Shown: in pieces, positions 39,557 through 50,259 of the stretch
Position numbering within the stretch: the first letter of the stretch is position 1
Layout of the letters: each line of letters opens with the position of its first letter
NCBI GenBank assembly: GCA_963809375.1
Contig: CAWEJO010000004.1
Coordinates: 350,850 to 414,849, forward strand
DNA: 64,000 nucleotides
DNA from: an uncultured Chloroflexia bacterium
GTDB taxonomy: Bacteria; Chloroflexota; Limnocylindria; Limnocylindrales; CSP1-4
Direction of reading: 5' to 3'
Position numbers and translations under genes: made by a program
The notes under the pieces: model-generated
Told to the model about the DNA's origin: nothing
Database searches by the model: none
The model's input: the letters and a program-made list of their open reading frames with translations, nothing else

Positions 39557-42500
39557 ATGGTCTGCCCGGCGTGCGGGATGGACAACCGACCGGGGCGGCG
39601 CTTCTGCGTCGAGTGCGGCGCGCCCCTCGCGGCCGCCTGCCCGACGTGCGGGGCGCCCGTCGAGGGCGCCGAGAAGTTCTGCGGCTCGTGCGGCACGCGG
39701 CTGGCCCCGGCGCCGCCGGCCGAGCGCTCGACCGCGACGCCGACCACGACATCGGGCCTTGCAGCCGCGGCCCACCTCCCGCTCCCCGAGCCGGTCTCCG
39801 AGCGGCGGCTCGTCTCGGTGCTGTTCGCGGACCTCGTGGGCTTCACCGCGATCGCCGACGGCCGCGACGCGGAGGACACCCGCGAGCTCCTCTCACGCTA
39901 CTTCGAGCTCGCGAAAGACGTGGTGGACAGGCACGGCGGGCGGGTCGAGAAGTTCATCGGCGACGCCGTGATGGCCATCTGGGGCGCGCCGGTCGCGCGC
40001 GAGGACGACGCGGAACGAGCCGTCCGGGCCGCGCTCGACCTGGTGGGCGCCGTGCACGCGCTCGGGCCGTCGGTCCAGGCCCGGGCTGGCGTCCTGACCG
40101 GCGAAGCCGCCGTGACCCTCGGCGCCGTCGACCAGGGCATGGTCGCCGGGGACCTCGTCAACACCGCGGCTCGCCTGCAGGCGGTCGCCACGCCGGGCAC
40201 GGTGCTCGTCGGTGAGGCGACCCAGCGAGCGGCCAGCCGGGCGGTCACGTTCGAGCCCGCCGGCGACCAGGCGCTCCGCGGCAAGGCCGCGCCCGTGCCC
40301 GCCTGGCGGGCGCTCCGCGTCGTCGCCCGGATGGGCGGGCGCGATCGGACGAACGTGCTCGAGGCTCCGTTCGTCGGGCGCCAGGAGGAGCTCCGCCTGC
40401 TCCAGGACCTCTTCCACGCGACCACCCGTGAGCGGCGCGTCCGGCTCGTCTCCGTCATCGGCCCGGCCGGGATCGGCAAGACGCGCCTGGCCCGCGAGTT
40501 CCTCCACTACGTCGACGGCCTGGCCGACGACGTCTGGTGGCACGAGGGACGCTCGCCGGCCTACGGCGACAGCCTCACGTTCTGGGCCCTGGGCGAGATG
40601 GTGCGCCGCCGCTGCGGGCTCGCCGAGACCGACGACGAGGAGACCACGCGGCGGCAGGTCGCAGCCACGCTCGACGAGCACGTCGAGGACCCGGCCGAGC
40701 GGCGCTGGCTCGAGGAGGCGCTGCTCACGCTGCTCGGCGTCGAGGCGCGCGCGGGAAGCGACCAGCTCTTCGGGGCGTGGCGGACGTTCTTCGAGCGACT
40801 CGCGGCGTCCCACCCGGTCGTGCTCGTCTTCGAGGACTTCCACTTCGCCGATTCGGGCCTCCTCGACTTCGTCGATCACGTCCTCGAGTGGTCCCGTGGC
40901 CTGCCCATCTACGTCGTGACCCTGGCGCGTCCCGAGCTCCTCGAGCAGCGCCCGGACTGGGGGGCGGGCAAGCGCAACTTCGTGAGCCTCGGCCTGGAGC
41001 CCCTTCCCCGGGCCGCGATGCGCGAGCTGCTGCAGGGCCTGGTGCCCGGCCTGCCGGAGCCGGCGGTCGACCACATCGTCAGCCGCGCCGACGGGATCCC
41101 GCTGTACGCCGTCGAGACCATCCGGATGCTGCTGGCCGAAGGCCGCCTTACGCCGGTCGGAGACGTCTACGAGCCGACCGGCGACCTTGGCCACTTCGCC
41201 GTGCCCGAGACGCTCACCGCCCTCATCGGCAGCCGCCTCGACGCCCTCGAGCCGACCGAGCGGGCACTCCTCCAGACCGCGTCCGTGCTCGGCCGGAGCT
41301 TCGCGCCGGCTGCCCTCGCCGCCGTCTGCGAGCTGCCCGAGGCCATCATCGCGCCCCACCTGCGCAACCTGGTCCGGCGCGAGATCCTGGTCGTCGACGC
41401 CGATCCGCGGAGTCCCGAGCGGGGCCAGTACGCGTTCGTCCAGGCCCTGATCCGCGAGGTCGCGTACGGCACGCTCGCGAAGCGGGAGCGCAGGATTCGC
41501 CATCTGGCCGCGGCCCGCTACTTCGAGGGGCTCGGGTCCGACGAGCTCGCCGGCGCGCTGGCCGGCCACTACCTGGCCGCCCACGCCAACGCCGCCGAGG
41601 GAGCCGAGGCCGACGCGCTGGCGAGCCAGGCGCGGCTGGCCCTGCGGGGCGCCGCGGAACGGGCGGCCGCCCTGGGCGCCCACGACCAGGCCGTCACGTT
41701 CCTGCGCCAGGCATTGATCGTGGCGCCGGACGACGCAGAACGGGCGGACATCCTCGAGCGCGCCGGATCGGAGGCGTCCGCCGCCGGGCAGCACGCGGCA
41801 GCCGAGGAGCTCCTCCGCCAGGCGCTCGAGCGGCGGATCGAGGCCGGCGAGGCCGGTGGAGCGAGCGACGCCGGCGAGGCTAGGGGTGCCGGCGGGGCCG
41901 GGGGCGCCGTCGAAGCGAGCGGGGCAGGGGCGCAGGCGGGGCCGTCGGAGCGACCGGGTCCGGCGAGGCCGGGGATGCCACCCCGCGAACCTGCCGAGGC
42001 CCGTGCGACCGCTCGGACCATGACCCTCCTCGCGCGGGCGATGCTCTCGGCACGCAGGCCGGACCGGGTCCTCGAGTTCGTCGAGCCCGCGGTCGAGCAG
42101 GGTCGCCACCTCGGCGGCCTCCCGGCCGACGATCCGGCGTACGTAGCGCTCCTGGCCCAGTACGCGCGGGCGCTCCTCCTGAACGACCAGTTCCGCCGCG
42201 CGCTGGCCGTCGTCGACCGCGCGCTCGAGGCCGCCGAGCACGCCGATCTCCAGGACATCCTCGCCGACGCCCTCGTCACGCGCGGCTCGACGCTCGGGGG
42301 GCTCGGCCGGCCGCGCGAGGGCCTCGGGGTGATCGAGATCGGCGAGGGTCTCGCGAGATCGCGCGGCATGACGCGAACGCTGATGCGGGCGATCAACAAT
42401 CGGGCCGGGTCCTTGTTCGAGTTCGATCCGCCGGCGTCCCTCGAGCTGTGCCGCGAGGGCCTCGCCCTCGCCCGGCGCGTCGGCGATCGAGGGGCGATGT

Positions 42501-43287
42501 TCGCCATGCATGGCATGCTCGGCTACGGCATGCTGATGACGGGCGACGCGGACGGCGGCCTTGCCTCATTCGAGACCGGCCTCGCGGAGGATCCCGAGCC
42601 GGCCGACCGCCTGCTCCTCCTGGCCGGCACGATCATGATCCGGGCGTGCCGCGGCGAGGTGACGCAGGAGCTCCTCGACGAGCTGCTGCACCTCGCGGGT
42701 GCCGTCAGCGACTCGAACGTCCTCTGGACGATGACCGATGCGCCCTGCTGGGTCGCCTTCGCCGACGGCCGCTTCGGCGAGGCGGCTGCGGGATGGCGCC
42801 AGGGCGGCGCACGGATCGACTTCCAGGCCACCACCTGGTATCCGCAGGCCGCCGGAGCCTCGCTCCTCGATGGCGACGCGGCCTCGGCCGAGGGCGACCT
42901 CGCCGCGCTCGACGCGACCGGGTTCCACCGCCGGTCGCCGAGCTCCACCGGCAGCGGATCCGGGCCGGGCTGGCCGCATCGGCCGGCCGGCGCCAGGACG
43001 CCCTCCGCCAGTACCGCGACGCGCTTCAGGGCTACCTGGACATCGGCCTCGTCTGGGAGCACGCCCTCGGCGTGATCGAGATGGCAACCCTGCTCGGCGG
43101 CGGAGACCCGGAAGTCATGGCCGCGGTCGCGATCGCCCGGCCGCCGCTGGAGCGCATGGGCCTGCGGCCGTTCCTGACCCGGCTGGACGCGGCCGTCGCG
43201 CGACGACCAGTCAATGCGCCGGCGCGCGAACCGGAACGGCCCGGCCCGACACCGGCGCCTACCGACGCGTCGGTCGCCGCCCCTTAA
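39557..43287 (+). CDS. multidomain signalling protein: double zinc-ribbon, class III adenylate/guanylate cyclase, AAA/STAND NTPase, TPR-like helical repeats; one frame interruption near 42930
   Basis: GGAGGG RBS. Zinc ribbons MVCPACGMDNRPGRRFCVECGAPLAAACPTCGAPVEGAEKFCGSCG; cyclase core LVSVLFADLVGFTAI...FIGDAVMAIWGAP; P-loop IGPAGIGKTRLAREF; ~600 aa of Ala/Leu-rich helical repeats. The true C-terminus (..RQDALRQYRDALQGYLDIGLVWEHALGVIEMATLLGG.., ending at 43287) is in another frame. Confidence 0.7.
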
Positions 43288-43289
43288 CG

Positions 43290-44096
43290 TCAGCGGAAGC
43301 GGGCGAGGGCGGCCAGGAGCGGGATGCCCATCACGAACGGGCCGATGATGACGAGCTCGGACGGCCCGCCCGCGGTCAGGTTCGAGACGAGCATCGCGCC
43401 GTACGCCACGAGGGGCGGCCATGCCAGCCCGAGGCGCCGGTCGGCAGGCGCCGCCGACGGAGTCCGTGACTCGTAGACCCGGTAGAGGGCGTAGACCGTG
43501 AACGTGGTCACGAGCCAGCCGACGTAGTTGCGGACCGGGACGCCGAAGTACGGCCCGCCAGCCTCCCAGATCCAGGCCCGGAAGCCCGGGCCCGACAGGA
43601 TGGGGTCGACCACGACGTCCCAGGCGGTCATCACGACCGCGCCGAGGGCTGCCAGCCAGGCGATGCCGACGACGCCGCCCCGCGTCCCGTACGGCCTGCC
43701 GTCGGCGAGCAGGCCGCCGATCACGTAGCTCGGGTAGATCATCATGAACCAGGCGCACGGGATCAGGAGCGGCACGTCGCCCAGCTTCGGGCCCAGGACG
43801 TCGGTGTAGTGGTAGGGGCCGTAGACGAGGCCGGTGGCAACCCCGGCCTGCTCGAAGCACCACGACACGACGGCGCTGAGGCCGAAGAAGATCGCCGCGT
43901 GGCGGCCGCCGAGGATGAAGGTGGCGTGGCAGACGCTGAACACGACGAGCAGCGTCGTGAGCCCGTTGAGGCCGCCCGGCACGGCCGGCAGGCGCAGATC
44001 CGGCAGCAGGCCGCGAACGGGCCCGTCGTAGATGAACAGGCCGAGCGCGACGAGGCTCGCCCAGAGCCAGTATCGCCGCCGGCCGCTCACCTCCAA
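43290..44096 (-). CDS. polytopic membrane protein (possibly carotenoid-biosynthesis-protein/PF04240-like)
   Basis: Intact 268-aa ORF that is almost entirely hydrophobic helices. It is convergent with the cyclase gene and begins 10 nt downstream of the lpd stop. The family assignment is from memory only. Confidence 0.45.
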   Translation of the reverse strand: MEVSGRRRYWLWASLVALGLFIYDGPVRGLLPDLRLPAVPGGLNGLTTLLVVFSVCHATFILGGRHAAIFFGLSAVVSWCFEQAGVATGLVYGPYHYTDVLGPKLGDVPLLIPCAWFMMIYPSYVIGGLLADGRPYGTRGGVVGIAWLAALGAVVMTAWDVVVDPILSGPGFRAWIWEAGGPYFGVPVRNYVGWLVTTFTVYALYRVYESRTPSAAPADRRLGLAWPPLVAYGAMLVSNLTAGGPSELVIIGPFVMGIPLLAALARFR

Positions 44097-44105
44097 TGCC
44101 GCCCG

Positions 44106-45548
44106 TCAGAAGTTGATCGACCGCCCGTCGACCGCCATCGCCGCCTCGCCCAGCACCTCGGAGAGCGTGGGGTGCGGATGCGTCGACCCGCCGATCTCCC
44201 AGGGAACAGCCTGCAGCGTCGTCGCGAGCGACGCCTCGGCGATCAGCTCGGTCGCGTGGGGGCCCATCACGTGGATCCCCAGCGTCTCGCCAGTCTCCGC
44301 GTGGGCGATCACCTTGGCGAACCCCTCGTAGTCGCCGTGGATGATGGCCTTGGCGATCGCCTGGAACGGCACCTTGCCGATCTTGACCGGCAGGCCCGCC
44401 TTCTCGCACTCCTGCTCGGTCCGGCCGATCGAGGCGATCTCGGGGCGCGTGTACGTCGCGCGCGGCTGGCCGACATAGTCCATCGCGTGGACGTCGGGGT
44501 CGCCGGCGATCGTGTGGACCGCGGTGAGGCCCTCGTGCGCCGCCGTGTGGGCGAGCCACAGCCCGCCGACGATGTCGCCGATCGCCCAGACATGCGGCTC
44601 GGCAGTCCGCATGTGCCCGTCCACCTTGACGATGCCGCGGTCGGTCTCCACCCGGGTGGTCTCGAGGCCGAGGTCCTCGACGTTCGCGGCCCGGCCGGCG
44701 GCGACGAGCAGCACCTCGGCCGCGATCTCCTTCGCCTCGCCACCTTCGGGGCCGACCGTCAGGCGGATGCCCTCGTCGCCGACCACGAGCGACCCCGCGT
44801 CGAACCGCGCGTTCGTGATGACGTCGATGCCGCGCCGCTTGAAGCTCCGCTCGAGGTCCTTCGAGACCTCCCGGTCCTCGAGCGGCACGATCGCCGGGAG
44901 GTACTCGAGGAGGGTCACCTTGGCGCCGAGGTCATGGAATGCCGAGGCGAACTCGGCACCGACCGCGCCCGCCCCGATGATCACGATGCTGGCGGGCAGG
45001 TCGACCATCCGGAGGACGTCGTCGGAGGTCAGGATCCGGCGACCGTCCGGCGTGATGCCGGCGAGCGACTTGACCCGCGAGCCGGTGGCGAGGATCACGT
45101 CGGTCGCCTCGAGGAGCCGTTCACCGCCGGTGCCGGGCGTGCCGTCCTCGCCGTGGAGGCGGACCCGGACGCGACCCGGGCCCTCGAGGCGGCCCCGGCC
45201 GGCGACCCATTCGACCTTGTTCTTGCCGACGAGGCCCCGCAGGCCGGTCCACATCCGGCGGACGACCTGGTCCTTGCGGGCCGCGATCGCCGCGTACTCG
45301 ATCGCGACGTCGCCGACGTGGATGCCCATCTCGCGGCCCTTCTCCCGGACGCGGTGGGCGAGCTCCGCCGACTCGAGGATCGCCTTGGTTGGAATGCAGC
45401 CACGGTGGAGGCAGGTGCCGCCGATCTTGTCCTCGTCGACGAGGGCGACCTTCAAGCCGAGCTGGGCCGCCCGGAAGGCCGCCGTGTAGCCGCCGGTGCC
45501 CGCGCCGAGCACGATGAGATCGAACGAGTTGGACGAGCCGACGGCCAT
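44106..45548 (-). CDS. lpdA: dihydrolipoyl dehydrogenase (E3)
   Basis: Intact reading. FAD motif LIVLGAGTGGY, redox-active disulfide GGTCLHRGCIPTK, NAD motif IGAGAVGAEFA and the C-terminal HAHPTLSE interface motif are present. GAGGAG RBS before ATG 45548. Confidence 0.85.
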   Translation of the reverse strand: MAVGSSNSFDLIVLGAGTGGYTAAFRAAQLGLKVALVDEDKIGGTCLHRGCIPTKAILESAELAHRVREKGREMGIHVGDVAIEYAAIAARKDQVVRRMWTGLRGLVGKNKVEWVAGRGRLEGPGRVRVRLHGEDGTPGTGGERLLEATDVILATGSRVKSLAGITPDGRRILTSDDVLRMVDLPASIVIIGAGAVGAEFASAFHDLGAKVTLLEYLPAIVPLEDREVSKDLERSFKRRGIDVITNARFDAGSLVVGDEGIRLTVGPEGGEAKEIAAEVLLVAAGRAANVEDLGLETTRVETDRGIVKVDGHMRTAEPHVWAIGDIVGGLWLAHTAAHEGLTAVHTIAGDPDVHAMDYVGQPRATYTRPEIASIGRTEQECEKAGLPVKIGKVPFQAIAKAIIHGDYEGFAKVIAHAETGETLGIHVMGPHATELIAEASLATTLQAVPWEIGGSTHPHPTLSEVLGEAAMAVDGRSINF

Positions 45549-45786
45549 GGGTGGGATGCTCCTCGCGTTCCGGATGGAGAGTGCGCCCATCGTACCAAGC
45601 GCGGGCTGCCCTCCCGGGCGGGCGCGCTGGTGAGGGCGGGAAGGAACGCTGGCCGCGGCGGGGAGGCGAGCTGGTGGCTACCGCCACCCCGCAAACGCGC
45701 GAGAATGAGCAGGGGCAGCATCTCTGCCCTTCCGGTGCCTAATCGGCCGGACACGGGACGCGCGTTCGGCCACCAGAGGGGACCCG

Positions 45787-47995
45787 ATGCAGATCGAGCT
45801 CGACCGCACCGACCCGGCATGCCCGGGCGCCGCCCGCGCCGGACACCATCCGGGCAGCAGCCACGTGGGAGGCCACGCCCCACGCAGCCGCGCGGGACGC
45901 CACGCCGCACGCGGCGGCGCCCGCACGCGGACCGCCATCGCCGCTACCCTGGCCGTCGTGCTCGTGCTGCTCGTCTCGGCGATCGCCCTCGCCGCGAGCC
46001 CCAAGCGCCTGAACAACCCGCTCACGGACGACGTCGGCGCGCTGGGGAGCGACCGCGCGACGGCCCAGGCGGCGATGGACAAGCTGCTCGCGGACCAGGA
46101 CGTCCAGCTCTGGGTCTGGTTCACGGACACGTTCTCGGGAACGCCTGCGTCGGATTTCGCGGTCTCGACGTTCAACCGCAACAGCTTCGGGGGCAACGAC
46201 CTGCTGCTCACGATCGCGATGAGCGACCGCGAGTACGGCTTCGCCAAGCACGACTCCCTGCCGCTCTCGAACGCCACGATCGAATCGCTGCTCTCGAGCA
46301 CCCTCGAGCGCGGGCTCCGGGCCGGCAATCCGGCGCAGGGCGTCGCCGACTTCGCCACCGCCATCAACCAGGAGCTCGCGAGCGGCTCGGTCGTCACGCC
46401 GGGCCCGATCGTCACCACGGTCCCCGACGGCCAGGCGGGCGGCGGAACCACCACCGGCACGTCCGGGGGCGGCGGCTCCTGGGTGGGCATCCTCCTCGTG
46501 ATCCTCGTCGTCGGCGTCGTCGCCATCGCCGGCTGGTGGTTCGTGGTCCGGTCGCGCGCCGGCGGCGCCGGGGGTCCGGCCGGCCAGGCGCCGGGCGGTC
46601 CGGTCGACGATCTCGCGGCCATGGAGCCCAAGGAGCTCGAGCAGCTCGCGAGCAAGTCGCTCCTCGACGGCGACGACGCCATCCGCGACAGCGAGCAGGA
46701 GCTCGGGTTCGCGCAGGCGCAGTACGGCGACCAGGAGGCGGCGCCGTTCCAGCAGGCGATCGAGGCCGCCAAGGGAGACCTGAAAGCCGCCTTCCAGATC
46801 CGCCAGCAGCTCGACGACGCGACCCCCGAGACGCCCCAGCAGCGGCGGGCAATGCAGCAGGAGATCGTCCGCGCCTGCCGCCGCGCGCAGGCCCGCCTCG
46901 ACGAGCAGGCCGAGCGCTTCGAGCAGTACCGGGCGATCGAGAAGAAGGCGCCCGAGATCCTGGCGGCCCTCCCCACCCAGATCACCGCCCTCCAGGCCCG
47001 CCTGCCGACCGTCAGCGCGACGCTCACGCGCCTCCAGGCGTACGCCGACCCGCTGTGGCAGCCCGTCGCTACCAACCTCGACGAGGCGGGCAAGAGGATC
47101 CAGGCCGCCCAGCTCGCGACCGACGAAGGCACGAAGGCCCTCGCGGCGAACGACGCAGCGACCGCCGGGCGGGCCGCGCGCCTCGGCCAGGACGCGCTCG
47201 GCCAGGGCGCCGGGTTCCTCGACGCCGTCGAGCGCCTGGACCGCGAGGCCAGCGAGGCGATCTCCAAGGTCGACGCCATGCTCGCCGAGGCCGTCGCGGA
47301 CGTCGCTCGGGCCAAGGTGGGCCTCGAACGACGGCCGAATGCCGATGCGACGGCCGCCCTCGCCCAGGCCGACCAGCTGGTAACCCAGGCGCAGCAGGAG
47401 CTGGCGCCGCCGAAGCCGAACCCGGGCGCCGCCTACCGGATGGCGAGCCAGGCGAACGACATCGCCGACCAGCAGATCGCCGTCCAGCGCACGGCGGCCG
47501 AGCAGCAGGCCCGGACGGCGGCCCGCCTCGACGCGTCGGTGCGGGCGGCGCAGACGACCGTGACCCGCGCCGCGGACTACATCGCGGCCCGTCGAGGCGG
47601 CGTCGGAACGGACGCGCGAACCAGGATCACCGAGGCGCAGCGCCACCTCGACCAGGCGGTCGCCCTGGGGCCGACTGATCCGGACTCGGCGATCCGCGAG
47701 GCGGAGGCCTCGGCGAACCTGGCCAACCAGGCGCTGTCGGCGGCCCAGAGCGACTACGACAGGTGGAACGACCCGTGGAACGGTCCCCGCGGCCGCGGAG
47801 GCGGCGGCGGAGGCACCGACATCGGCACCGCGATCATCGGCGGGATCATCGGGGGCATGCTGTCGGGCGGCGGCCGCCATGGCGGCGGCTTCGGCGGCTT
47901 CGGCGGGGGCGGTGGCCGGCGGCTTCGGCGGCGGCTGGGGCGGTGGAGGAGGCGGGGGCGGTGGCGGCGTCTCGGGCGGAGGCGGCCGCTGGTGA
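45787..47995 (+). CDS. TPM-domain (TLP18.3/Psb32/MOLO-1 phosphatase-like) membrane protein with long coiled-coil region and Gly-rich tail; frame slip in the terminal Gly run
   Basis: N-terminal TM; TPM core LTDDVGALGSDRATAQAAMDKLLADQDVQLWVWFTDTF...NDLLLTIAMSDREYGFAKHDSLPLSN; second TM WVGILLVILVVGVVAIAGWWFVV; ~400 aa of heptad-rich Ala/Gln sequence; a GGGGGGFGGFGGGGG tail whose plausible ending (..GGGWGGGGGGGGGGVSGGGGRW, TGA ~47995) is in the +1 frame. Confidence 0.6.
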
Positions 47996-48130
47996 GCGAA
48001 GGCGCGGACCACCGGCGGGTTCGCACTCGCCGATCGGCGTAGGAGGCTTTCGAAGGGCGCTACGATGAGCGCGACAGAACAGCGATAGAGCGGGACCGTC
48101 GGTCCCGCCAGCACGAAGGGGTGCCGAGAC

Positions 48131-48895
48131 ATGCCGCAGACGTCCATCCTCGGGCGGGTCAGCCAGCTGCTCCGGGCGAACGTGAACTCCATGATCGACC
48201 AGGCCGAGGACCCGGAGAAGATGCTGGACCAGATGGTCCGCGACTTCACCAACAACATCGCCGAGGCGCAGGACGCCGTTGCCCAGACGATCGGCAACCT
48301 GCGGCTCCTCGAGGACGACAGCAAGGAGGCCCAGGAGGCGGCGGTCGAATGGGGCCACAAGGCCCTCGCCGCGTCGCAGCGCGCAGACCAGCTGCGCGCC
48401 GGCGGCCAGGCCGCCGACGCCGACAAGTTCGACCAGCTGGCCAAGATCGCGCTCAAGCGGCAGATCAGCTTCGAGGACCAGGTCAGGACGTTCGCGCCGC
48501 AGATCGAGCAGCAGACGGCGCTCGTCAACCAGCTCAAGAACGGGCTGACCCAGATGCAGGTCAAGCGCGAGGAGCTGGTCCAGAAGAGGGACGAGCTGAT
48601 CGCGCGGGCGAAGATGGCCCAGGCGCAGGTCCAGGTCCAGGAGACGCTCAAGAGCGTCAACGTCATGGACCCGACCTCCGATGTCGCCCGCTTCGAGGAG
48701 CGGATCCGCCACCAGGAGGCGAAGGCCACGGGCATGGCCGAGATCGCCGCGAACTCGCTCGACGCCCAGTTCTCGAGCCTCGACGACGCGGAGGACGACA
48801 TCGAGGTCGAGACGCGCCTCGCGCAGCTGAAGGGCGGCTCCGCACCCGCGGCCGCGATCCCGGCCACGACCGGCCCGGACGCACCGGCCGGCTGA
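48131..48895 (+). CDS. pspA: PspA/IM30 (phage-shock protein A / Vipp1) family protein
   Basis: Intact 254-aa ORF. MPQTSILGRVSQLLRANVNSMIDQAEDPEKMLDQMVRDF is the canonical PspA N-terminus, and the body is coiled-coil throughout. Confidence 0.85.
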   Translation: MPQTSILGRVSQLLRANVNSMIDQAEDPEKMLDQMVRDFTNNIAEAQDAVAQTIGNLRLLEDDSKEAQEAAVEWGHKALAASQRADQLRAGGQAADADKFDQLAKIALKRQISFEDQVRTFAPQIEQQTALVNQLKNGLTQMQVKREELVQKRDELIARAKMAQAQVQVQETLKSVNVMDPTSDVARFEERIRHQEAKATGMAEIAANSLDAQFSSLDDAEDDIEVETRLAQLKGGSAPAAAIPATTGPDAPAG

Positions 48896-48946
48896 TCGCC
48901 GACGACCAGACGACGGCCCGGGCCTGACCGCCCGGGCCGTTTCGAT

Positions 48947-49366
48947 TCAGTCGCGCGGCGCCCGCCGGACGAGGGCGAGGAGCACGGCCAGCGTCCCCAC
49001 GACAAGCACGATGATGGTCGTCGGGAAGCGCCCGAACACGTCGTCGACCGCGGGGATGAGCCGGCTCGCGATCTCGATCGCGAAGATCACCGCCAGCACG
49101 ACGCTCGCGATCACGACCACGTCGCGCCATCCCGGCGGCCGGCCGGGCCGATCTACGGGAGGGAGCGCCTGGCCGCCTCCGGCGGCGCCCGAATCGTCGC
49201 CCCCGACGCCGCCCGGTTGGTCGCTTCCGGCGTCCCCGGCTCCGCCGCCTCCGGTGCCCGTGGCTTCGGCGTCGGACGGGCCTCCCGGGGCGCCCGGCCG
49301 AGCTGCCGGATCCGGGCCGGAATCGGTCTCCGCGATCCCCCCGCCTGCGGGGCGCGCGTCAGACAC
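48947..49366 (-). CDS. small membrane protein: Gly/Asp-rich disordered N-terminus, two C-terminal TM helices
   Basis: 139-aa ORF convergent with pspA. The TM segments are VVVIASVVLAVIFAIEIA and IIVLVVGTLAVLLALV. The GTG start overlaps the nnrE stop by 8 nt. Confidence 0.4.
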   Translation of the reverse strand: MSDARPAGGGIAETDSGPDPAARPGAPGGPSDAEATGTGGGGAGDAGSDQPGGVGGDDSGAAGGGQALPPVDRPGRPPGWRDVVVIASVVLAVIFAIEIASRLIPAVDDVFGRFPTTIIVLVVGTLAVLLALVRRAPRD

Positions 49367-50183
49367 GATCCGCGGCGGGCGGAATGCCGATGGGTGCGAC
49401 CAGCACGCGGCCAGCCACCGCCGCCCCCCTGCGCGTGAGGAGCCCAGCCTTCGGCCGGTGGAAGGTCACCGTGACGTCGGCCCTGACGACCGGGTCGGAG
49501 AGCTCGCCCGAGGTGAGGTCGCAGGAGGTGGGCGTGTCCACCGCGAGGATCGGGACGCCGGCGGCCCTGGCCCGGATGCAGAGGTCCACCGCCGAGCGGA
49601 TCGGCTCCCGCAGCTCCCCGCTGACGCCCGTCCCGAGGAGCGCGTCGATGACGAGGGCTGCCTTCTCGATGCCCTGGCCGATGATCGCGACGTCGCGGGC
49701 TGTCGCAGCGTGGATCCGGTCGATCGACGCGTCGGCCCCGAGGCGGTCCCAGTTCCGAAGCGCGTCCGGGGTCCTGGGGCGCGGATCAGATCCGACGAGC
49801 ACGACCGCGACCCGGGCACCGTGCGCTGCGAGGCGGCGCGCCGCAACGAGACCGTCCCCGCCGTTGTTGCCGGGGCCGCACAGGACGAGGATCGGACCGT
49901 GGCCCGGTCCCCAGCGCTCGGTGACCACGGCCAGCGCCCGCGCCGCCGCTGCCACGGCGGTCCCCGCGTGCTCCATCAGCCGGATTCCGGGCACCCCGAG
50001 ACGCTGGGCCTTGAGGTCGGCGCCCGTCATCGCCTGGGCGGTCATCGGCAGGCGTCCGGCGGTCTCGGACCATCGAACGGCCAGGCCGCCGAGATCGACG
50101 TCGAAGAGCCTGGCGTCGTCGGCGGGGAGCGGCGGCGGGGCGCCTTCCGGGCGCGTCGGCGCGCTGCGAGGTTCGGGCGGCAT
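49359..50183 (-). CDS. nnrE: NAD(P)H-hydrate epimerase (YjeF N-terminal domain)
   Basis: ADLKAQRLGVPGIRLMEHAGTAVAAAARALA...ILVLCGPGNNGGDGLVAARRL...DALLGTGVSGELREP matches YjeF_N. The start (MPPEPRS at 50183) is one of several candidates. The upstream in-frame sequence in the 558-aa track ORF is junk. Confidence 0.6.
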   Translation of the reverse strand: MPPEPRSAPTRPEGAPPPLPADDARLFDVDLGGLAVRWSETAGRLPMTAQAMTGADLKAQRLGVPGIRLMEHAGTAVAAAARALAVVTERWGPGHGPILVLCGPGNNGGDGLVAARRLAAHGARVAVVLVGSDPRPRTPDALRNWDRLGADASIDRIHAATARDVAIIGQGIEKAALVIDALLGTGVSGELREPIRSAVDLCIRARAAGVPILAVDTPTSCDLTSGELSDPVVRADVTVTFHRPKAGLLTRRGAAVAGRVLVAPIGIPPAADRV

Positions 50184-50259
50184 GCGTCGGCAAGCGTAGC
50201 CGGTCGCGTCGGCTGCCGGGGGGAGGATGCCCGATCCGAGCGCCGGTGTCTCCCCTGCC

